Origin: an uncultured Gammaproteobacteria bacterium
GTDB lineage: Bacteria > Patescibacteriota > Microgenomatia > Daviesbacterales > UBA10151
Assembly: GCA_964500725.1 (NCBI GenBank)
Contig: CAZCNP010000003.1
Coordinates: forward strand, 59,476 to 123,475
DNA: 64,000 nt
Direction of reading: 5' to 3'
Both the position numbers and the translations under genes were made by a program. The notes under the pieces are model-generated. The model was not told where the DNA came from. It made no database searches and saw only the letters and a list, made by a program, of their open reading frames with translations. This document shows positions 1-9,658 of the stretch, in pieces; the stretch's first letter is position 1; every line of letters starts with the position of its first letter.

Positions 1-115
1 CAGACTGAGCTCGATCTATAAAGGGATTTATGCATATGGGGAAGACTATACACCTCTGGATATTGCTGCCAAACTTATTCCCCTATCTTATATCTCCTTA
101 TATACCACCAGCCAA

Positions 116-439
116 ATGCATGGACTGACTTTCCAGTATTATCAAACTATTTATTCAATTTCTTTAAAAAGCAAAAAGTATCAGATAGGGAAACAAGGAT
201 ATGTCTATCATAAAATTAAAGAGCCAATCTTTTATAACCAGCTAGGTCTTATCAGTAATGGTAGATATACCATAGCGGATAAAGAACGCACTATCACAGA
301 TTGCCTTTATGTATTCCCAGGGATTGCCTTTGATAATTTAGAAGGGATTGACAAAGACAAACTGCTCACTTTATCTAAGATATATGATAATAAAAGACTA
401 GAAAAAGAGGTAAAAAAACTCATCACCTATGCTGGATAA
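116..439 (+). CDS. Putative AbiEi-like antitoxin/regulator, short form, partner of the downstream AbiEii gene
   Basis: 107-aa ORF overlaps the start of the downstream DUF1814 gene by 11 nt, a TA-like arrangement. It carries a 'TIADKERTITDCL' segment that resembles the conserved C-terminal motif of AbiEi antitoxins. The N-terminus may lie upstream of or beyond the window start. Confidence 0.4.
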   Translation: MHGLTFQYYQTIYSISLKSKKYQIGKQGYVYHKIKEPIFYNQLGLISNGRYTIADKERTITDCLYVFPGIAFDNLEGIDKDKLLTLSKIYDNKRLEKEVKKLITYAG

Positions 440-1103
440 AACAAGACACGAACAAATCTTAAAAAATATTTTAAAGGATATTTATACCAGTACTGAACTT
501 GAGGACAAATTTGCTTTAAAAGGTGGCACATGTTTGTATTTATTCTATAACCTGGACCGTTTTTCAGTTGATTTAGACTTTAATTTAATTGCAGAAGATT
601 TTAATGACAAGAAGCTAAACAGAATTATCAGCGAGCATCTCACCATCGATGATTTTAGAAATAAATATTTTACCTGGATCTTTTTGGGAAGTTATGAAAA
701 AGGGCAACGGAAAATCAAAATAGAAATAAACAAAAGAAATTATCCTGATAAATACACTAACAGAGATTTTTATGGCATTACAATCCCCACATTATCGCCT
801 GAGTGTATGTTTGCACACAAACTTTGCGCTATTGCTGACAGAAAAAAGCTGCAGAACAGAGATTTATATGATGCCCATTTTATGTTTAATAAACAGTTTG
901 ATATCAGTGAGGAGATAATTAAAATACGCACAGGTAAAACATTGAAGGAATATTTTGCTTATTTAGTTCTGTTTATTGAAAAAAAAGCCAACCCTGAACA
1001 TATCTTAGACGGACTGGGAGAACTTTTAAATGACGCGCAAAAAAACCATGTAAAAACCACCCTAGTGAGGAACTTACTATTTGATCTTAAATCACGCATA
1101 TAA
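429..1103 (+). CDS. AbiEii/DUF1814-family nucleotidyltransferase (type IV TA / abortive-infection toxin)
   Basis: N-terminal 'LKGGTCLYLFYNLDRFSVDLDF' matches the GGTAL...R.S.DLDF signature of AbiEii/DUF1814 nucleotidyltransferases. Length is 224 aa. Confidence 0.75.
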   Translation: MLDKTRHEQILKNILKDIYTSTELEDKFALKGGTCLYLFYNLDRFSVDLDFNLIAEDFNDKKLNRIISEHLTIDDFRNKYFTWIFLGSYEKGQRKIKIEINKRNYPDKYTNRDFYGITIPTLSPECMFAHKLCAIADRKKLQNRDLYDAHFMFNKQFDISEEIIKIRTGKTLKEYFAYLVLFIEKKANPEHILDGLGELLNDAQKNHVKTTLVRNLLFDLKSRI

Positions 1104-1117
1104 AATTTTTTGAGGGG

Positions 1118-1147
1118 TTGACAAGGTTTTTAGACTATGCATATTAT
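1118..1147 (+). promoter_or_regulatory. Candidate sigma70-like promoter for the pilin gene
   Basis: TTGACA at 1118-1123 and TATTAT at 1142-1147 are separated by an 18-nt spacer. They lie just upstream of the ATG at 1155 with a very short leader. Confidence 0.35.
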
Positions 1148-1154
1148 TAATTAG

Positions 1155-1538
1155 ATGAAAAAATTAGCAGTTGTAGGCTCTACTATTACAGCTTTATTAA
1201 CACCTATTCAGGTATTGGCACAGGATATAGACATCAAACCTCCCACTCAAGGTTATAGAGATTTGGGACCTTTTATTACCAATCTAATAAGTTTGGCCTT
1301 TATAATTGCCTTGATTCTAGTATTAGTTATGATTATCTGGGGAGCACTTGAATGGATCACTTCAGGCGGAGACAAAGAAAACGTTGGTAAAGCCAGAGGT
1401 AAAATTATTAATGCTTTAATAGGCTTGGCTGTTTTAGCAGTAGCCTTTGCTTTGTTTAGGTTTGCTGGCCAATTCTTAGGATTTAATGTTGGTACTGGAG
1501 GAAGCACGATTAGCCTACCTATACCAAAGCCTAACTAA
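1155..1538 (+). CDS. VirB2/TrbC-like pilin candidate (type IV secretion/pilus subunit)
   Basis: 127 aa with an N-terminal signal peptide followed by two long hydrophobic helices split by a 'TSGGDKENVGKARGK' loop. This is the typical T4SS pilin architecture. The next ORF is a paralog. Confidence 0.5.
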   Translation: MKKLAVVGSTITALLTPIQVLAQDIDIKPPTQGYRDLGPFITNLISLAFIIALILVLVMIIWGALEWITSGGDKENVGKARGKIINALIGLAVLAVAFALFRFAGQFLGFNVGTGGSTISLPIPKPN

Positions 1539-1606
1539 TTTAAGTTCAAAAACTCATTGATCTTCAAAGATATTAGTGGTAAGTTAGAAGATATCTCAAA
1601 ACTCAA

Positions 1607-2032
1607 ATGTCAAAACTGTTAATCATATTTTTTACTTTTTCCTTTTTACTTTTTACCCCTACTTCCCCTGTTTATGCAGTCTGCGACCCTAATGCGCCTA
1701 TCGATAAAAGAAGCGCTGATTGTCCTGCAGGACTTGATCAATTTGAAGCCATGGTTGGACAACTTGTTTTTGTGATTGTAGGACTAGGGTTTATTGCCAC
1801 CCTAGTTATGCTAGTTATGGCTGGGTTTAAATACTTAACATCTGGGGGAGAACCTAAAGCTATCCAAGCTGCCCACCAAACTGCCACCTGGGCTCTTTTA
1901 GGAATACTATTTATGGCTGTTGCCTGGGTGCTCTTGCAACTAATCCAAGGGTTTACAGGAATTCAAGTTACAATATTTGATATTAAAGCTTTGTGCGGTG
2001 TTACTGGAGATCCATTGAAATTCTGTAAATAG
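1607..2032 (+). CDS. VirB2/TrbC-like pilin candidate, tandem paralog
   Basis: 141 aa with a signal peptide (…PVYA) and two hydrophobic helices separated by a 'LTSGGEPKAIQAA' loop. It shares the SGG(D/E) loop with the preceding ORF. Confidence 0.5.
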   Translation: MSKLLIIFFTFSFLLFTPTSPVYAVCDPNAPIDKRSADCPAGLDQFEAMVGQLVFVIVGLGFIATLVMLVMAGFKYLTSGGEPKAIQAAHQTATWALLGILFMAVAWVLLQLIQGFTGIQVTIFDIKALCGVTGDPLKFCK

Positions 2033-2081
2033 ATTATTTAAATGTTTTTCCTGAACCTGGTCTTCATATAAGGGAGGCTGG

Positions 2082-3461
2082 TTATATATTGGAATTTCGG
2101 GAACCTTCCTGAAAAAATTCTTTCCCGTTTAGTATCAACCAGGCCCATAATGGTATAAACTCAATTTTCTTACCCTCTATCTTTTTTACATCAGCATAGT
2201 TTTTAGTGAGCACTATTCCCTGATCGAGATTAAACTCACTCAGTCCCTCAACTAATCCCTCTGCCTCCCTATCATGCGGTTGATCGGTATAACTAACGTT
2301 TACAAATGATAAATTCGGGCTCATCACCACAAAATCTATCTCCCTTTTCCCCCTCCAGTAATATACTGCCGGGTTATTCCTCTTAAGCTCCATATAGACT
2401 ATATTTTCAGCGCATTGCCCGATATCCAGACGGGGAAGCGGTATGTTAAAGTTTCGCAACCCATTATCAACAACATAAATTTTTCTTGGCCGTTGAATAT
2501 CCTGAGTCTCTTTAGTTTTATAGGAAAAATGCCTGCTTTCAAAAAAAAGGTATGCTTTCTCGAAGTACTCAAGATATGATTTTACCGCATCCACTGATAA
2601 CTTTTGCGGCCGGCCTAAACTGCTATAGGTATGTGTTCTGGTAAAATCAGACATTATCTGGAGTCCTAGGACTTCTACCTCTTGAGCGTTCCGGATTGCA
2701 TTTGGCTTTAAAACATCACGGCTGATAATATCGGAATAATAAGCTGCTGCCAGTGTTTTTTTCACTTCCTCTTCCGGGGCTAATATAATTTCAGGATAGC
2801 CACCCTCAAACATATAATTTCCCAAATGGTGAAGGATAGTTGACATTCGGCTAAAATTAGCATCCTGAAGACTTTGTAAAGTATCTCCTCTGACATCTAC
2901 TTTGCGCATTAGAAGGTACTCATAAAAATTGAGGGGATATATATCAAGAACCACATTCCTGCCGGTTAACACCGTAGCTGATTCTGACTCAACCAGCGCC
3001 CGCCTGGATCCTGAAAGAATAAATTTGACAGGTTCCTTCCGTTCATACTTTGAAGCTATCCAGCGATTAAAGTCTTTTATTCCCTGAATCTCATCTAAAA
3101 AAAGATATACTTGTCCCTGAGGATCATATGTTTCCAGATAAAAATTATACAGATCATCTAAGAACTTCCATCCCAAGGAAAGATACTGCTGAGCCAAAAT
3201 ATCCTCTAAAAAGAGAAACAAAATGTTTCTAGCAGGAATGGTTTTTTCTTCCAGCAAATGCTTCACCATCTGTTGCATAAGCGTTGATTTTCCTGCCCGC
3301 CTCACACCGGTTAGAATCAGGACGTGGCGAATATCTAAAAGTTTTTTAAGCCTGGAAAGATACTTTTCTCTTGTCACAGTCCCGATCCAACCCCCTTTTT
3401 GAGGGTTAGTAAAATGAGGGTTCCAGGTATCAATTAATTTTTTCAATATTTCAGTATCCAT
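2082..3461 (-). CDS. AAA+ ATPase of the AAA_14/DUF4143 family
   Basis: Walker A 'LILTGVRRAGKSTLMQQ' and Walker B 'LFLDEIQ' are present. The 459-aa size is typical of DUF4143 ATPases. Confidence 0.8.
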   Translation of the reverse strand: MDTEILKKLIDTWNPHFTNPQKGGWIGTVTREKYLSRLKKLLDIRHVLILTGVRRAGKSTLMQQMVKHLLEEKTIPARNILFLFLEDILAQQYLSLGWKFLDDLYNFYLETYDPQGQVYLFLDEIQGIKDFNRWIASKYERKEPVKFILSGSRRALVESESATVLTGRNVVLDIYPLNFYEYLLMRKVDVRGDTLQSLQDANFSRMSTILHHLGNYMFEGGYPEIILAPEEEVKKTLAAAYYSDIISRDVLKPNAIRNAQEVEVLGLQIMSDFTRTHTYSSLGRPQKLSVDAVKSYLEYFEKAYLFFESRHFSYKTKETQDIQRPRKIYVVDNGLRNFNIPLPRLDIGQCAENIVYMELKRNNPAVYYWRGKREIDFVVMSPNLSFVNVSYTDQPHDREAEGLVEGLSEFNLDQGIVLTKNYADVKKIEGKKIEFIPLWAWLILNGKEFFQEGSRNSNI

Positions 3462-3588
3462 GTACTGTATATCTTACATTAAAAATCACAAACCGTCAAG
3501 TATAACTTAAGGTTTATATATAAAACCTTATGATATAGCTTAGGATTTAAGACTTGCAAAGAAAGACTTTTTGGGTTACTGTTAGATT

Positions 3589-5418
3589 ATGTTTGCCCAG
3601 ATCCTTGCCATACTACTTACTACCAGCTACATACTACTAGCCAGTCCTGTATATGCCCAATCTGCAGCTCCTTCTGCAATACAGTCTACCATCTACAGTC
3701 TACCGACTACAGTAAGTCCTACCTCTCCTCTTTATACTGATCTGCTAGTTAATAATCTATTTCACTCCTTCTCTTGTATTGCTTTAGGGCAATCTGTGAT
3801 TGGACAGCCCTGCTTGACTTACCAGGTTACTCAAAATGCCCAGGGAGTGATTCAAAGTGTACCTATGCTTTCCCAAGTTAATACATCCGGAGGAGCTTTA
3901 GGGACAACCACTTCTTTAATTGGAGCATTATATACTCACCCTCCTGTTAGAACTGCTGATTATTTAGCTTCAGTTAGACAAAATTTTGGGATTGTAAAAG
4001 AAGCTAATGCTCAAGTAGTAGGCTCTGGGGCTCAAGTGTTAAATCCTATTTTAAGCCTCTGGCAGGTATCAAGAAATATTTCTTATGTAATTATGATCAT
4101 CATATTCTTAGTAATAGGACTAATGGTGATGTTTAGGAATAAAATTAACCCCCAAACAGTTATCACAGCTCAAGCAGCTTTACCAGGATTGGTAATTGGA
4201 CTGGTGATGATTACTTTTTCCTTCTTTTTTGCTGGTCTTATTTCTGATATGGCCTTTGTGGGAACTAATGTAGTAGGTTATTATTTTGTGGCAGCTGAAG
4301 GAAAATTAAGCGACTCAACTTTTCAAGACCAACTAAACCTATCACAGAAACTATCAGGCGCTAATATTTTAAACATTATGGGTCCACTCACAGGAATCCT
4401 TGATAATGGAGGCATCTTGCACCTTAACAATCTCGGCGGTGATATATCAAGATTTGCCAGCCTAATTTATGATAATTTAAGCAGCGCAGCACAAGGCGCT
4501 ATTCAGATGTTAGTATTTTGGCTCGCTGCTCAATTTATAGCTCCCATTATACCCACTGATGTTAGTACAAGCCCCTGGATGTTAATACTTAAACCAATAG
4601 TCGGCATAGTAGGAGGGGTAGCTGCAAACCTAGCCTTAGCCCCTCTACTGGGTTTATTCTTAAGTTTTGCTGCTGCTTTAGCCTTAGTCTATCAAATGTT
4701 GAAATTATTCTTTAGGTTAATTATGGCCTGGTTAACCATAATATTTTTGACCATTAGCGCTCCGTTCCAGTTCCTTTTTGCTTCTTTACCAGGCAGACAA
4801 GGAATAGCTACCAGCTGGATTTTACAGATGCTAGGTAATATTTTGATATTTCCAGCTGTTATCGCAGTAATTTATTTTGTGGCTTTCTTACTTGGCCCCC
4901 AAAAGTTCAGCGAGAATTGTCCCAAAGACAACTCTAACCCTAACCAGTGTCTAATCAAAATTTCCGCTGCCAACCAAATCAATAATGGATCATTAATATC
5001 TCCTGTATATGCAACTGATGGCAGAGACATTGTTGGAAGTAATGCTTTTCCTTTATTTGGAGGACTTGATTTAAGTTTTATGAGAATATTATTGGCTTTC
5101 GGAGCTTTAATGGCATTACCGAAAATTCCTGATTTAATAGTTAGTGCTGTAGGGAAGGCCGGACAGGCAGGACAAATGATTGGACAAGAAATTATGGCAG
5201 GTACTGGATTTGGTCAAAGATATACTCAAAGACAATTTGGAGCAGGAATTGAAACTGGCCAAGGTGTTATAAAAGGATCCATAGGTGAAACTACTGTTGA
5301 TGCTTATGGTAATGTAGTACTATCAAGGCAAGGAATACTTCGAAGAGGTGTGGGGTCAAGTATTCCATCAGCAGCAGGTGGTGCTAAAGGCGGAGGTAAA
5401 TGGATATGGAAACCATAG
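3589..5418 (+). CDS. VirB6/TrbL-like polytopic membrane protein (T4SS channel candidate)
   Basis: 609 aa with a signal peptide, a ~150-aa extracytoplasmic N-domain, at least 6 predicted TM helices and a Gly-rich C-terminal tail. It sits next to the pilin-like genes. Confidence 0.5.
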   Translation: MFAQILAILLTTSYILLASPVYAQSAAPSAIQSTIYSLPTTVSPTSPLYTDLLVNNLFHSFSCIALGQSVIGQPCLTYQVTQNAQGVIQSVPMLSQVNTSGGALGTTTSLIGALYTHPPVRTADYLASVRQNFGIVKEANAQVVGSGAQVLNPILSLWQVSRNISYVIMIIIFLVIGLMVMFRNKINPQTVITAQAALPGLVIGLVMITFSFFFAGLISDMAFVGTNVVGYYFVAAEGKLSDSTFQDQLNLSQKLSGANILNIMGPLTGILDNGGILHLNNLGGDISRFASLIYDNLSSAAQGAIQMLVFWLAAQFIAPIIPTDVSTSPWMLILKPIVGIVGGVAANLALAPLLGLFLSFAAALALVYQMLKLFFRLIMAWLTIIFLTISAPFQFLFASLPGRQGIATSWILQMLGNILIFPAVIAVIYFVAFLLGPQKFSENCPKDNSNPNQCLIKISAANQINNGSLISPVYATDGRDIVGSNAFPLFGGLDLSFMRILLAFGALMALPKIPDLIVSAVGKAGQAGQMIGQEIMAGTGFGQRYTQRQFGAGIETGQGVIKGSIGETTVDAYGNVVLSRQGILRRGVGSSIPSAAGGAKGGGKWIWKP

Positions 5419-5445
5419 GCTGTTTTTAAAACATTTTTTAATTTG

Positions 5446-8400
5446 CTACCGGCTCATTTTGTTGAACAACCATTTAGCCCTTGTCATCTCTCGTTTTGGA
5501 TCCAGTATGGTTTTTTCCTTAAGCCTTTTATACCATTGTAGCTCTCCCGGATACGCTTCCCCTCCGCCTCCCTCTGTTTCACTAATAAGCCAATCAATAT
5601 ACGCATTAAAGAATTGCTCCTCTGTATGCCTTGCACTGCCAGTATTTCTATCTTTTGCCAAAGCATTTAGTATCTCTACGTTAGGCTTATCGTCTTTGAG
5701 AACTTCCTTATTTTCCAGATTCAAAGCCCCTTGGGCATTTCTGGTGTCTGATTCCATAGTTCTAACCAGCTTCAGCACAGTCCATAATCTATCAAATGAT
5801 TCTAGTACTAAATTCATAAACTCAATTTCAGCGTTATAATCTTTGAATACTCCTGTCTCGTTTTTTTCCAATCTATCCAAGATTTCTTGTATTTTCCCTA
5901 CCCTCTCTGAATTATTAGTTGGTTTTTCAAACAATCCTTCTATACTAAACCCCTTTTCAGAATCAACATGACCAACTAGAGCACCATAAATCATATTACC
6001 AATCTTCATTTGCTCAACCCATTTAGTTATAGCAAATTGACCGGCTAATCTTTGTTCCGACATCTCTCCAACAGGATCTGCAAACATCTCAATTGCTCCT
6101 AAAACCCCTACCTGCCCCCATTGATCTGGCATCGAGGAAACATTCAAGGGCAAATTAGCAAGTTCCGCAGCATAACGTCTCGCAAATCTTTTAGGATTGC
6201 TGGCCACAAACTGTCTCATCCTAATAATAAATCTTGCTATACCGGAATAATCCTCCAAATTGTAACCTGTACGGAATTTAAAGATATTTCCATCTTTGGG
6301 CATGAAAGCCGCATTTAATTCTCTGACAATTCTCCAATGGCTATAGTTTGATGCCTCAACCGCAGCATCCGAAAGAAGTATCTCAGCCTGCTGAGCACCA
6401 GTACCCTCAGGCATATCAGTATCTTTAAGACTAGGCACCCTATTTAGGGTTGGATCCAAAATTAACCGAATATCAGCCAATTTTTCGTGCTGATCCTCCT
6501 CTGATTCCGGCTCTATCATTAAATCCGGCCTCAATAGCCTCATTCTGCGTCTTTTAGCTGCTTGCACAATATCTGGGTTTATAACCTGATGCCTATTTTC
6601 CGGCTGGTAACTTAAGTAGGAATGATTTAACCATTTGTTTAAAGGATTTTCCGGATCTGTAGCAGTCTCAAAATCTATTATTTCTTCCAGATCTCCATCT
6701 AAACCAATAACATCACCAAAATTAGGTGAATTTTTATCCATATCAAACTTAAGTTTCCCAAACTTAAGTTTAGCTTCATAACCATTAGTTTTTAGTTGTT
6801 GGATGGCAACTGCTCTGGCCTGATCAACTGCTTTTGTTCTAACCTCGGCTGAAGAGTTAGCAAACTGGATCTTAATCCTAGTTTCCACATATTGAATAAA
6901 CATCTCTGCCTCATAAACCGGTATATTATCAACAAACCTGCGCCCATTTCCGTCTTTCCTGTCAATAAAGAATACGCCTCCTCCTCTTCTGGCCTTTTCC
7001 CCTGTTGATCCTACCATTTGAAAAGCTGTAGCAAAATTGGCTTTTGAATGATCATATGCTTCCTCCCAAAACTTTTTATCCCTGTCAGTTAGACGTTTCT
7101 GGGCTATTAATTCATCTATTACATCAATAAGCTGATGTTTTTCTTTTCCATCATGAGGAAGCAATAAAGATTGAACTTTTCCAATAATTACCGATTTTCT
7201 AAGGGCGGGCGAAATTGTACGTAACTCGTCGTCATTCCAATCTCTGTATGTTTGATAATTAATTAGATGAGCATTGCCTGAATCAAATCCATTGTATAAA
7301 CTTTTAAACTCTTCCTTTGGTTGGTGAATACCTATTCTTACCAAATTAGCCGCAATGGCTTTCTCTCTGGCTTGCTCAGCCTCCTCCAGCTTCAACACCC
7401 TGATAGAGTTGGAACCGTATGCAGCTGACTCTACATCCCTTGGGTCATAATTTTTCATCACAACACCCATTCCCTCCTCAATCAAAATTCCTTTAATTTC
7501 AGTATGAAGGTAGTGTTGAGTAACAGTGTCATTTAGTAATTGCCCTCTTGATCCGCCTGGGTTATGCATCAGTTTAATCCTTGGATCATAATCAAATTTC
7601 CATAAATACGCACCAACCGCACCATTACCTGATCTGGCAACCCGTATCCATCTATCGGGGCCTTCGTCCATAGCCATCGCCATCAAAAACTGATGAGCAC
7701 TACTCATATTATAGGTTTCAAATGAATAATCGCCCCCAAATACAAACCCATGACCTTGTAGCTCTTGTCTTAATGCTGTACTAAACCCCTCATCCATATT
7801 TTCTGAAGTGGCTGCTTGACCAACCATTTGTGTAAAATTGTTGAAATGCTCGTAAAGCTCGTTAGGAGATTTACCCAAACGGCCTCCTGTTACCGCACTT
7901 AAGAAGCTATCAACTGCTCTACGAAACTGCTTTGGTGTTTTGGCAAGGATTTCATATGTTTTGGGCCAATGTCCAGGCCTCCAATGAGTTTGTGTGTCAC
8001 CTTCATCATCTATATTCTCACTAACACTAAATTCGCCTTCTATAGGATCAGGCCTCTCACCAGTAAGCATTCTCTCAAGAATATCGCAGGTTCGCTGACT
8101 ATAAGCCTCGGCAATTCCACGCAATGGAGCTGCTCGAGGATCTGTTCTGCGACTCCTTAAAAGCGCTTCAATACTCCCTCTAGCAAAATCCCTAACCCTT
8201 GTTAATTCTTCTTCTACTTGCTGCGGAGGGATATTGCCCTGAGTAATTTGTTTATAAAAGGAAGTAAAAAGGGCATCTGCTCTATCAAGTAAGCCAAAAT
8301 TTCTGGCCTCCTTAAACCAAGTAGCCATATCAACTTCAACCGTTTCTGTATTAGCATCATCTGCGTATTTCTCGAATAATACATTTAGTGATTCTGCAGG

Positions 8401-9123
8401 TAGGACTACCGGTCGCTCGCCTCGATCTCTCTGATTAATTCCAAGCTGATTAGTTTCTGATGATTCTCCTCTAGCTCTCCTCTCTAGCGCTTCTTTTATT
8501 TTATTATATATTCTCCTCGGATCCCAAGGATCCTGTTCGTCTCTTATATTTCTTACCCTGCGAAGTGCCCTGGTGTAATCTTGTAGATCTGCATAGAGTT
8601 GATCTAGGTAAGGACCATTTCTTTCATTATATATTTCAGGCTTGCCAACTGTAGATAGCAAACCACTCACCGTGCGATATCTCTCGGTGTAAGGTAGAGT
8701 TGTTTCCAACCTAAGAATCTCCCTAACAATTGCCCTGCCTCTTTCTGGACTGGTTTCCCATTCTGGACCTCTTTCTGGACCGTTCGGAGATTCTGGACCT
8801 CTTAGCCTATCACCCTCACCACCAACGGCTCCTTGCACAGGTAAGTCATCCTCATCTGACCCTCCGCCTATGTCAGGCATTATTCTTGCTACTTCTTTAC
8901 CAGTTAACGGATCAATAAAGCTAGTTTGACCTCCTTTAAGCGGATTGCTTGTATATTCCTTCGCCCTTCTCGGATCATATCCTTCTAAAGGAAGAAATCT
9001 TTGTCTTAGAACAGAGGATTGATGAGGGCCTGTTTCTACTGGTGTATTATGGGCATGCACTCCTTGAGAACCTATTTCTGAAGATAATCCACCTTCTGAC
9101 ATATTTATTTCTATTCTAGCCAT
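5446..9123 (-). CDS. Large hypothetical protein (1225 aa), no recognisable domain
   Basis: Long uninterrupted ORF with no TM segments and no Walker motifs. The N-terminal region is low-complexity with PERGPE-like repeats encoded by four TTCTGGAC(C) copies at 8743-8799. Confidence 0.7.
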   Translation of the reverse strand: MARIEINMSEGGLSSEIGSQGVHAHNTPVETGPHQSSVLRQRFLPLEGYDPRRAKEYTSNPLKGGQTSFIDPLTGKEVARIMPDIGGGSDEDDLPVQGAVGGEGDRLRGPESPNGPERGPEWETSPERGRAIVREILRLETTLPYTERYRTVSGLLSTVGKPEIYNERNGPYLDQLYADLQDYTRALRRVRNIRDEQDPWDPRRIYNKIKEALERRARGESSETNQLGINQRDRGERPVVLPAESLNVLFEKYADDANTETVEVDMATWFKEARNFGLLDRADALFTSFYKQITQGNIPPQQVEEELTRVRDFARGSIEALLRSRRTDPRAAPLRGIAEAYSQRTCDILERMLTGERPDPIEGEFSVSENIDDEGDTQTHWRPGHWPKTYEILAKTPKQFRRAVDSFLSAVTGGRLGKSPNELYEHFNNFTQMVGQAATSENMDEGFSTALRQELQGHGFVFGGDYSFETYNMSSAHQFLMAMAMDEGPDRWIRVARSGNGAVGAYLWKFDYDPRIKLMHNPGGSRGQLLNDTVTQHYLHTEIKGILIEEGMGVVMKNYDPRDVESAAYGSNSIRVLKLEEAEQAREKAIAANLVRIGIHQPKEEFKSLYNGFDSGNAHLINYQTYRDWNDDELRTISPALRKSVIIGKVQSLLLPHDGKEKHQLIDVIDELIAQKRLTDRDKKFWEEAYDHSKANFATAFQMVGSTGEKARRGGGVFFIDRKDGNGRRFVDNIPVYEAEMFIQYVETRIKIQFANSSAEVRTKAVDQARAVAIQQLKTNGYEAKLKFGKLKFDMDKNSPNFGDVIGLDGDLEEIIDFETATDPENPLNKWLNHSYLSYQPENRHQVINPDIVQAAKRRRMRLLRPDLMIEPESEEDQHEKLADIRLILDPTLNRVPSLKDTDMPEGTGAQQAEILLSDAAVEASNYSHWRIVRELNAAFMPKDGNIFKFRTGYNLEDYSGIARFIIRMRQFVASNPKRFARRYAAELANLPLNVSSMPDQWGQVGVLGAIEMFADPVGEMSEQRLAGQFAITKWVEQMKIGNMIYGALVGHVDSEKGFSIEGLFEKPTNNSERVGKIQEILDRLEKNETGVFKDYNAEIEFMNLVLESFDRLWTVLKLVRTMESDTRNAQGALNLENKEVLKDDKPNVEILNALAKDRNTGSARHTEEQFFNAYIDWLISETEGGGGEAYPGELQWYKRLKEKTILDPKREMTRAKWLFNKMSR

Positions 9124-9271
9124 ATCATTCCTTTCCTAGGAAATTCTATGACTAATTCCAGCATAGAACTTCCGAAATTAAATGTCAAAACATTTGCATC
9201 TTAGCAGTCAATTACAAAATGCGCTTGATTTAAAACTGAGAAAATCCTGACAATATTAGTGCTAAATTATG

Positions 9272-9604
9272 TTATGCAGCTTTCTGAAAAAAAGGCCTTG
9301 ATATAGAAATCATCCCTTTTGTACGACATTGACGGCCAGGGTGCACACCTCGATAACATTCAGGACATCTAGGTCTTCTCATTTTTTTTCTTCTTAACCT
9401 CTCTTTTCCTCTATCATCACCTATTGATAATAAATTGCTTTTTGTAACCTCTTGGTCAACCCCCACTCTATAAGGAAGCTTTTCTTCTTTTACATATGCA
9501 ATCAAATCTGTATTGAATCTGGGAATAAGTGGCGATACAATGCCGCAACTAACTGGCAATTTTATTAATTCTTGAGCAGCTTGAGGAATAATTTCTTTTG
9601 TCAT
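9272..9604 (-). CDS. Small basic protein with a C-terminal zinc-ribbon-like CPEC…C motif
   Basis: 110-aa ORF lying between the 1225-aa and 581-aa genes on the same strand. Its C-terminus reads 'RRKKMRRPRCPECYRGVHPGRQCRTKG'. Confidence 0.4.
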   Translation of the reverse strand: MTKEIIPQAAQELIKLPVSCGIVSPLIPRFNTDLIAYVKEEKLPYRVGVDQEVTKSNLLSIGDDRGKERLRRKKMRRPRCPECYRGVHPGRQCRTKGMISISRPFFQKAA

Positions 9605-9658
9605 ACCAACTTTATAACAAAAGTGTATGATATCCTACCTTTTTTAAAATGACAATAA

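Noticed and set aside
5348-5839. 163-aa plus-strand ORF and other antisense ORFs (for example 1253..1507, 5484..5666, 6121..6318, 7969..8160, 8730..8918, 10374..10556, 10986..11321, 14809..15282, 15916..16242, 16398..17186, 18255..18488, 18856..19779, 27731..27936, 30829..31290, 31887..32253, 42433..42906, 43231..43479, 44175..44561, 55284..55628, 59745..59972, 60872..61117, 61373..61761, 62531..63350)
   Set aside because: They lie entirely within, and antisense to or out of frame with, long well-supported genes. They are low-complexity or Leu/Ser-rich and typical of spurious ORFs in AT-rich DNA.
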